64,000 nucleotides of DNA from the human T2T-CHM13v2.0 reference genome, Homo sapiens: NCBI RefSeq assembly GCF_009914755.1, contig NC_060944.1; one strand, given 5' to 3'. Below, piece by piece: positions 54,251 through 64,000 of the stretch. The position numbers and the translations under genes are program-made. The notes under the pieces are model-generated. The model saw only the letters and a list, made by a program, of their open reading frames with translations, did no database searches and was not told where the DNA came from. Every line of letters starts with the position of its first letter. Positions within the stretch are counted from its first letter, which is position 1.

Positions 54251-55579
54251 GTGAACCTGCACAGGCAACAAGACAGGATTTTGGCCAAACCCGCTTGACA
54301 GGTTTTCGATTCTCCCAGCCAGGAGCAGAAAGGAGGCAGAGACTGCCCTGAGCCGCCAGGCGGGTTCTGCCATCTCGCAGAAAGTGGCCGGACAGGTTGG
54401 GTCTGAAGCCACATAGAGTTGGGATTGTTTCCTCATAATCACTGTGAGGCTGGGCTGCAGGAGCCAAGCTGGTTAGCACTGAGAATCCAGTTTGGTGCCT
54501 GTGACACGGAGGGCCCGGGCGGGGAAGGGTGGGGGGCTTGCAGGGGTGCCTGGGTCGGGGGCTGCAGGTGGGAGTGAGCAAATGTGCTGTCTCGCCACCT
54601 CGGGACAGGTGGTAGGGCCTCTGACACAGAGTGGTCCTTCCTGCTGTTCACAGCTCAGCTCACCGTGGGCTGACCATAGGCAGGTGACAGTCCCCTTTCT
54701 GGCCTCGGTTTCCCTGTCTGTAAATTGGGGATAATAAGCTCAAGAGCTGTCCCTGCCAGAACCCAGTGGACAGAAATCCAGCAGCTGCTATGGGAAGCGA
54801 CCCGCCCAGCCTGCCCCGCCCTGCCTGGGGAAGCAGGCCTTCTGCTTGAGGGGGACTGGGCGCATGCTGGGCCTCTGGTCTGCGCAGTCTGCCCGGGGTC
54901 TGTGAGTGCTTGTGAGTGGGCTTCTCCAGTCTCCAGGTAGGCTGGGTGCCCCCGGCCAGGTGGAGCCCAGGGGGGCAAATAGGCTGGGGGCTGGCCTGGC
55001 CCCGGGTGGCACGGCCCAGGTGCTGGAGCAGCCTCACACTGTGGTCTCGTGTGTGTTCCCTGGACAGCAACACTGTGGCTGCGGGGTACAGCCCTGACCC
55101 CCGCATGCCTTGCCCCCTGTGTCCTACCCACGACCCCTCCCCACTCCCTCCTCCCCGCCTCCGCCTCCGCCTCTGCCTCATCCTCAGCCTGTCTTAGCTC
55201 TGCACGGAAGCAGAGCGGGGGTTCCCGAGTCCTTGGGGCCATGATCCCCAGCGCACCCGAGTACCCCAGGAATGCACGGGGCTCAGAGGAGGAAGCCTGG
55301 GAGCCTGGCCTGTAGCCGCTGCCGCGAGGGGAGGACGGACTTCCTGCTCCCTGGCAGGGCCCCTGCTGGTGGCTGGTGGCCAGCTCTGGGTTTGGGATGA
55401 GGGCTGGGTCATCTCTGGCCCCACGATGCCCTCCCACTCAGGACCAGGCTCTTGGGAGGGGGTTGTGGTCAGCATGGGCCACTCCAGCTCTGGCTGGCCT
55501 GGGAACTTCGTGGAGGCCCCTCCTCCGGCCACCTCCCTGTTCCTGGCTGGGCCCTTTGTGAGTGGGGTCTGCTTGCTGC

Positions 55580-55730
55580 TGGCGTGTGTTTTGTGTGTGC
55601 CTGTGTGGGGACTGTGTGCACGTGTGTGTGTGTGTGTGGGGATACGAATGTGTGTGCATGTCTTACATGTGTGTGCCTGTGTGTGCATGTGTTGCACGTG
55701 TGTGTGTGCACATGTGTGCGTGGACATGTG
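55580..55730. repeat. Degenerate (TG)n tract
   Basis: Direct reading. Confidence 0.85.
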
Positions 55731-55739
55731 TAGCTGCTT

Positions 55740-56020
55740 TGTGCTGTGGTCTGGATGTTTTTTGTGTCTACCCCAGATTCTCGTTGAGATCCTAACGCCC
55801 CAGGCAATGATGTTAGGAGGCGGGGCTTCTGGGAGATGGCAAGTTCGTGAGGCTGCAGCTCTGCTGGGGGATCAGTGTCCTTCTACAAGCGGCTCCAGGG
55901 AGGTCCCTTGCCCCTTCCACCATGTGAGGACCCGAGATGGTGCCGTCTATGAACCGGGAAGTGAGTCCTCTCCGGACGTGGAACAAGTTGGTGCCTTGAT
56001 TTTGAACTTGCAGCCTCCAG
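55740..56020 (+). mobile_element. MaLR LTR fragment (MLT1A/MST-like)
   Basis: TGCTGTGGTCTGGATG...GATGTTAGGAGGCGGGGC...CCTTCCACCATGTGAGGAC...GGTGCCTTGATTTTGAACTT.CAGCCTCCAG. Confidence 0.75.
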
Positions 56021-56218
56021 GTATGAATGTGAGCTCTGGGCTCACTGCCTGTGGGGAGCCCTGCCTCACAAGGAGGGGTCCCTCTGCATCTGCCATGCAT
56101 GGCTGTTTCAATCAAAGCTGCTGTCTAACACCACCGGCTCGACCTTGAGTTCCTCCCTGAGCAAAGCCAAGCGACCTCCTGGACTGAGCCAGTTTTCGTG
56201 CCTGCCTGCCCTGGCTCA
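56020..56218 (+). mobile_element. MER66-like LTR 3' fragment
   Basis: GCTGTCTAACACCACCGGCTCG..CTTGAGTTC...AAGCCAAG; similar to 62810-63030. Confidence 0.65.
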
Positions 56219-57529
56219 TTGGCCAGGGACCCCACCCCGCCATGTCCAGGCCTTGGTGATACAGGACAGAGGTGCCCGTGCAGGTTGTGCCTGTGGCTGG
56301 GTCCCCAGGGAGAAGGTGGCAACCCCAGGCCAGCAGCCTCCTACCCTGAACTCCAGGCAACATCGTCGGCCCCCTGGCACTGCACCTGCACTGTGGGCAG
56401 AGAAGGAGGGAAGGCTGGGAGAGGAGGAGGAGGTCGAATGTCGCTGGAGGTCGGCGTCCTTCTGCAGCCGTGGGTTTGTGTGCCCCTTTGTTCATTCATG
56501 CAACCATCCAAGACCCATTTCCTGGCTGCCCACCAGGCCCTGTCCAGGCTCTGGGCACATGGATGGCCAAGAACGTGACTCACACATTTACGGGGCTTTT
56601 GGCTGTGAGAATCGGGCACACAGAGGGCACTGTCTGAGTCTCAGTTTACTTGTCCCTTGCAGGGCTGATGAGGGTGAAAGGGGTTCCTCTCCTGGTACCA
56701 CTCACCTGTTCATTCATTCAGCCGATGTCTGTTGAATCCTGATCAGCCAGGAGCTGGGGGGTGTGATGGACACCCAGGCACCGGCGTCCGGGCTCGCAGG
56801 AAGCATTGCAGAATGAGGCAGCAAGGCCTCAACACGCTGCTGGCAAACCGTGGCCAGGTTTCAGCGTGGGGGCTGCTCCATCGCCCCATTATACAGCTGA
56901 GGAATGAGGCCCCAAGTGTGTGTGTGGCCTCCCAGCCCTGGCAGCCACCCCTACCTGCACCTGAGGGGCTGGGGCTGCTGGGCCTGGGGTGAGGGACCAA
57001 GAGGGCTCTTCATGGCCCCCTACACCTGCTTCCTAGGCCAGATGGGGGCCCAATGCCCCACCCCAGAGGTGAGGCAGCCTTTTATCTCTGAGCTGGGAGG
57101 GGTGGGAGATAAGCTTCAAAGGCATCTCGCTGTAAAACGCACCTTTAAAAGCCGGCCCTGCTGCCTGGTATTTGTGTTACTGGAGCGATAGATAAAGGGT
57201 GGGGTGGCCAGTGCAGTGGCCAGGTCAGGCCAGCCCTGCAGCCCTGGCCCCCAGATAAATGGGTCACCTATTAGCACGGCCCTGCAGGAATGGGACTGCC
57301 TTCTGTGACAACCGGGGCCCATCCCCACCCTCCCTGCAGACAAGCCCTTGCTGGCCCGGCTGGGGGGCATCCTGATGGCGGGTGCTGTGTGCCCATGGGG
57401 CCAGGCTGCACTGGGCAGGAGGGGTGCAGATGTGGGCCCTGCCTGGGCACTTGGGAGGGCGGAGGCTTTCTTGGTGGGGGGAAGGATCAAGCCCCCCGTC
57501 TTTCCTCCACATGGTCTCACTGCTAGTCA

Positions 57530-58790
<1,261 letters not shown>

Positions 58791-59455
58791 ACTGTAGTAT
58801 TTTTAAGAAGTCTAAATTAATGGGAAAAATTCACAATGAACCAAATAACCAAGTTTTATATAAAGACAGGATTAGGGTGAGGCAGGCGAGTCCCTTACTC
58901 TTGGGGCTGTGAGAGTGTGGGGTGGAATCGGCTCCAGGGTCCCAAGGTGTGGCCGGAGAATGGGCCTGGTAGGGAGACCTGGGCATGGTGCCCGTCTCCG
59001 GCCTCTGTCCTGTAAGGGTTTGCCTGTGCCTCCGCCTCATCAGATTGCTCTAAAGATAGGACACAGCGGCACACGGGGCCCAGGCTGGGGTGAGTGGACC
59101 CCTCCCTGAGACCTTCATCTGCCACCGAGGTGAGGACAGCCATCAGCCTCCTCAGAGCCTTAGGGTCTGATCCCTCCTGGACCGGCCCACAGATCCCCAA
59201 CGGACTGGAGTCCCCTGTGGCTGCTCCCCTCCCTCTCCCAGCCAGCTCTTGGGCATCCAAGCACCCCTCTGCAGGGAAGCCCTCCATGACTGTAGGTAGG
59301 TCAGGCCTTTTCCCAACAGGCCTGTAAGATGCAAGTCTTGGGTAGAAACTGTGTATTGGCTCAGGGGTCTTCAGGGTGCTACCTTCTTGAGACAGGAAGT
59401 GTTTGCCCGTTCATTGCTGTCTTGGCCCCTGGCATATGGTGGTACTTCATAAACA

Positions 59456-59762
59456 TTTCTTCCTTTCTTTTTCTCTGAGGCAGGGTCTTGCTCTGTTGCT
59501 CAGGCTGAAGTGCAGTGGTAAGACCATAGCTTGCTGCAGCCTTGAACCCCTGGGCTCAAGTTATCTTCCTACCTCAGCCTCCTGAGTAGCTGGGACCATA
59601 GGTACACGCCACCATGCTTGGCTAAATTTTTAAAAATGTTTTGTAGAGATGGGGGTCTCTCTTTTCTGCCCAAGCTGATTTTGAACTCCTGGGCTCAAGC
59701 GATCCTCCCGCCTCGGCCTCCCAAAGTGCTGGGATTACAGGTGTGAGCCACCGTGCCTGGCC
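59456..59762 (-). mobile_element. Alu (J-type)
   Basis: Antisense Alu; GAACTCCTGGGCTCAAGCGATCCTCC. Confidence 0.9.
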
Positions 59763-61799
59763 CTGGTGGGTTGTGTCTTACCCAGAAAACTCAAGTGCTA
59801 AGAGGCAAAGCCTAAAGGTTCCTCTGGGCTGAGACGGGATGGGCCCTGCTTGGTGAGAACTGGGGAGTGGTTTAGGGGAGGGCTGTGTTTCCTAAAGAGC
59901 CGACAGAAGCCTTTTACTCTGGCTAAACTATTTGTTCCTATACCTTTGTTAAATATTATGAAAATGAGGGTACCTGTGGAATGGGGACCCTGTGTGTGGA
60001 ACTGGGGGGCTGGCTGGGAGGGGTCTTCCCAGGCCAAGTCCTGGTTGGGCTCTTGCCTGGGATGTGTGGGGTGGAGGCTCCGGGGAGGGGGCAGAGGTGC
60101 CTGGGGGTGAACCAGCGGGTACCCCGGGCCATTTTGACCTCTGACCTCAGCTTCCTTTTTGAGACAGTGGGGCTGCCTTGGTGCCTCTCTCCTGGAGGGT
60201 GTGGGTTAAATGAGAGGGGTTCTGTGCCAGGGGCCCAGGGCTGTGCCACTCACTGAGGGTCCTAGCGACACTCCTGAGATGGTTCTTATTTTGTCACCAT
60301 TTTCCAGGGCAGTGCCAGCCTTGGCAGACGGGCCGGACAGAGGAGGGATGATGGCTCAGGCTGGCAGGGGCTGCCACGGGGCAGCGATGGCCACCTCGAG
60401 CCTGGCCAGTGCTTCTGGACTTCCTCTCTGCTGACTTTGTCCCCTGGCTAGAAACAGTTGTGGCAGCGCTCCCAGACCGGGCGTCTGCACGGAGTGGCCT
60501 CAGCTTCCTTGAGCTGTGGGAATTTAACGAGAGTAAAATGGGACCATAAATCTCTGTCGGTCGGGATAACTTGATCCGTGATTTTGGAGGGCAGGCCGGA
60601 GCAGGGACAAGGAGGTGTCTGTGATGGGAGCGATCCCCGGACTGAGCTGGGCTGTCTGCTGGCACGTCACAGATAATAAAACCGCGTCGTCCTGCAGCAC
60701 ACGGAGACTGTGTCAGATCGAGATGTCATAACCTGTGCCTTGTGGCCAGGAGCCTGGTGTCGGGGAGGCACGGTCCATACATCACAGATCCCACGCACAT
60801 CATAAAGATACATTAATGGTCTATGTGTCTTTAAAGAAATACTAATATTGTTGTTTTATGAGAAACTAGAGTTGAAAATATTAAAAGTCAGAATTTTATG
60901 GCCTAAAAGAAAGTTAAATGATGAGGATGTGGGAAGGGAGACTGAAGTATCCGTCACCGCCCGAGCCAGAGTCCTGGATGGGGACATGGCGGGGGAGGGG
61001 CCGCCTGGCTTTGATGAACTTGGCCAGCTCTGGCAGCCTCTGTGTGAACCTTCGGCTCAGTTAGAAGCTTCCTCCTTGGGAAGGGTTTGGAAAGCCGAGA
61101 TAGAGGACGAGGGCATTGGGGTTGTCCAAACAGTTGCATGGCTCGGCAGTGGGACACATGGCAGGAACAGGGCCTCCAGGAAGCCCAGGCCCTCCTGTTT
61201 TGGGGCATGATCAGGGAGCGTGGATGGGGACACCCAGAGGACTCGGTCTCACCCAAGCCCTTTCCAGAAGGAAATCCTCCTGGCTTGCCACATGCTCCTT
61301 GTCGGATGACAATTTCCTCTGGTGCAGGTTTAAATTTTTATGTGACAGATCGGCTTGAATGACCCTTGGAAAAGGAGCAAGTGAAGGGGCAGTGGAAGGC
61401 ACCGTGGATGGCACCGTGGATGGCACCGTGGATGCCTGGGGTGTCAGGGGCGAGGTCCTGGCCTGAGCCATGCAACCACATGTGGGGCCGAGTCCCCCAG
61501 ACCCAGGGACCAGCTCCTTCCACCCTGGAATCTGCGTGCAGCAGGCGCTGATGAGCGTCTGTGGACGAGGGATGGATTGACCTGGGTGAATGCGCCTGTG
61601 GGCGAGGGATGGACTGATCCCTTTTCTTCGCTGGCTGTGCCCCTTACCCACGGCTGTGCTCTGTGCTGGAGTCAGTGGGGAATTCGGGGCCTGAGGGCTC
61701 TTTGCAGCTCTCTCTTGCCCCATTGTGCCTGCGTGAGGACCCCTGGGACACGGGCACACCCAGGGTGAGGATCTGCCAAGGCTTTGCTCAGGGTTTAAG

Positions 61800-62600
61800 A
61801 TGCTTATTACTAAGGTGAGATTTCCATGAAATAAAATCACTCATTTTAAGGGAGTCAGTTCAGGGGTGTTTAGCGCATTCACTCTGTCATGAGCCAGCAC
61901 CTTGACCTAGTTCCAAAACATTTTCCTGCCCCCAAAAGGAGACCGTGTGCCCATTAGCAGGTCCTCCCCATCCCTCCCTCAGCCCTGGCGACACTGCCCT
62001 GCTTCTGTCCCCGGATTTGCCAGCTGGGTGTTTCGTGTCACCGTATCCACGCCACGTGCAGTCTCTTGTGCGTGGCTTCTTTTCCTGAGCACTGTGCTTT
62101 TGAGATTCACCTCCATGGTAGCTTGCACCTGTGCTTCGCTCCTGTTAAGTTCTGGGCTGCATGGACGGACTGCAGTGATCTGCTCATCCGCTGATGGGCA
62201 TCTGGGTGGCCTCCACTTTTGGCTGGGAAGAGGCTGCTGTGGGTGTCCAGGCACACTCCTGCCTTCGGCTCTTTTAGGTGTTTTGCTCAGGATTTGAGAC
62301 ACGTTTTCTCTCCCTCAGAGGAGCACCTGTTGAAGAATCATGACCTCTATCGAGCATTTACCTGGTCACGGACATTTTGCTGAAGAATTCACAAGTTCAT
62401 ATAAGGACACGCTTCATCTCAAGTGTCCAGTTCAATGAGTTCTGACAGATACGGACAGTCGTGTGACTCCAGATCACAATGTAGGACGTTCTGGTCACCA
62501 CGGGCTCCTGGATGCCTCTTCCTAGTGAGTTTCACCCCATGCCCTGCTTTCTATTGCAGGAGATTAATTCTCTTATAGGATTTTGTATAAATGGAACCAC
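61800..62600 (-). mobile_element. Old L1M fragments
   Basis: TAAAATCACTCATTTTAAG...TTCCAAAACATTTT...CCCTCAGCCCTGGC...TTTTGAGATTCACC. Confidence 0.65.
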
Positions 62601-62601
62601 A

Positions 62602-63032
62602 CTGAGGCGGGAGGTGGGACTTGACCCTAGAGACAGGGCTGAAACTCTGGACCAGATTGAAGACTGGCTGAGACAGGGAAGAGGCATCTCTCCATAAGAT
62701 ACCCACCAGTGCCAGGCCAGTTTACCATTGCCACGGCGACACTTGGGAGTTACTCCCCCTTTCCATGGTGATGACTTGGAAGTACCACTCTTTTTCTAAA
62801 AATTCAGAATGCAGGTATGAATATGAGTGCAGCACTGCCTCTGAGCAGCTGCTCTGGGCTCGCTGCCTGTGGGGGAGTCCTACCTCACAAGGAGGGGTCC
62901 CTCTGCTGCTGCTGTGCACGGCCGCTTCAATCAAAGCTGCTAACGCCACTGGCTCACCCTTAAATTCTTTCCTGGGCGAAGCCAAGAACCCCTGTGGGCT
63001 AAGCCCCAATTCTGGGGCTCACCTGCCCTGCA
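62602..63032 (+). mobile_element. MER66-like ERV1 solo LTR
   Basis: TGAGGCGGGAGGTGGGACTTGAC...CAGTTTACCATTGCCACGGC...TTCTTTCCTGGGCGAAGCCAAGAACCC...CTAAGCCCCAATT. Confidence 0.8.
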
Positions 63033-64000
63033 GTGGTGCTCTGTGTGGCTCTGATGTCTGCCAGAACAATGGACTGGAGGCCTGTGTGTGTGGCACATGT
63101 GCCTTGTGTGGGTGGCACTCTGCTCACCCATTCACCTGCAATGGCCGTCTGGGTCATTTGCACTTTTTGGTGATTGTGAACGGAGCTGCGATAAACATCC
63201 GTGTGCCGGTTTTCCAGGAACCCAGGCGCGGATGGCCAGGCCCTGTGATAAGCATCTGTGTAACTTTACAGGAAACTGCCCATCTGCTACCCACGGTGGC
63301 CATGCCCTTTCATTCCTGCCAGGGCACAGGAGCGTTCCAGTTCCTCCACGTCTTTTCCAACACTTGGTATTTTCTGCCTTTTAAATTTTAGTATTTCTTG
63401 TTGGTATTTGTCGCAATTTAAAGATCAGAAAATGGAGGCTCAGAGAGGTGAAGTGAACTGTCCAGGCTGCACAGTGGGGAGGGCAGGGTCAGAACCTGCC
63501 CATGACCTTTGGACTGTGACCCCACCTCTCAGACAGAGCTGGTCTGTGCTGGCCCCTGAGGCCCCAGACTGACCGCAAAGGCCTTCACTTCACACCACAG
63601 CCCCATGCCCCAGTGCCCCCTAAAGCCCTCAGTGGCCCCCCTGCCTCCAGCCCATTCCTGCCCTTCTCCTCCCTGCTCCAGCCATGCTGGTGCCTTCCTC
63701 TCCCCAGGGCCTTTGCACAGCTGCTCCTGCTGCCCCTCTCCCCTGGTTTTATCCTTCCCATGAGCCGGGAACAGCTCCCCTTGGCCAGCATGTGCCCTCA
63801 GCATTCATGCAGAGTGATGCATTTGAAATGACAGCAAGTGGCAGTTGATACCTTTCTGTCCTGAAAAGCGAGACCCAGGAGGGCAGAGACCAGGCCTGTC
63901 CTGTTGGCCCTGGGGGCTGTGCCTGGCAGCTGGTTGTTGATTTGGGCAGCACGAGTGTGGCCGGGAACACCCTGCTGAGCCTCACCCCGTCTAGAGATGG

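Overview
Human (or near-identical primate) genomic DNA, GC-rich and repeat-rich, that I recognise from the translated exons as the chr20q13.33 interval RPS21 (+) / CABLES2 (-) / RBBP8NL (-). All three spliced CDSs were rebuilt by hand from GT-AG junctions and close in frame: RPS21 83 aa (5 coding exons), CABLES2 478 aa (10 exons), RBBP8NL 664 aa (13 coding exons plus a probable non-coding exon 1 near 54.2 kb). The rest is CpG-island promoters, Alus, old L1/MaLR/MER66/MER6/MER20/MER5 remnants, and several long simple repeats and VNTRs. Most ORF-track entries are GC-content or repeat artefacts. I found no new protein-coding gene or novel system. The best leads are a splice-created uORF in RBBP8NL, RBBP8NL as a truncated CtIP paralog keeping its CxxC coiled coil and PLDLS motif, a ~52-bp intronic VNTR carrying MRE/CRE/XRE motifs, a duplication of the RBBP8NL stop region, a GATA-site cluster, and the tight RPS21/CABLES2 tail-to-tail junction. 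Repeat family names and boundaries are by eye and approximate.
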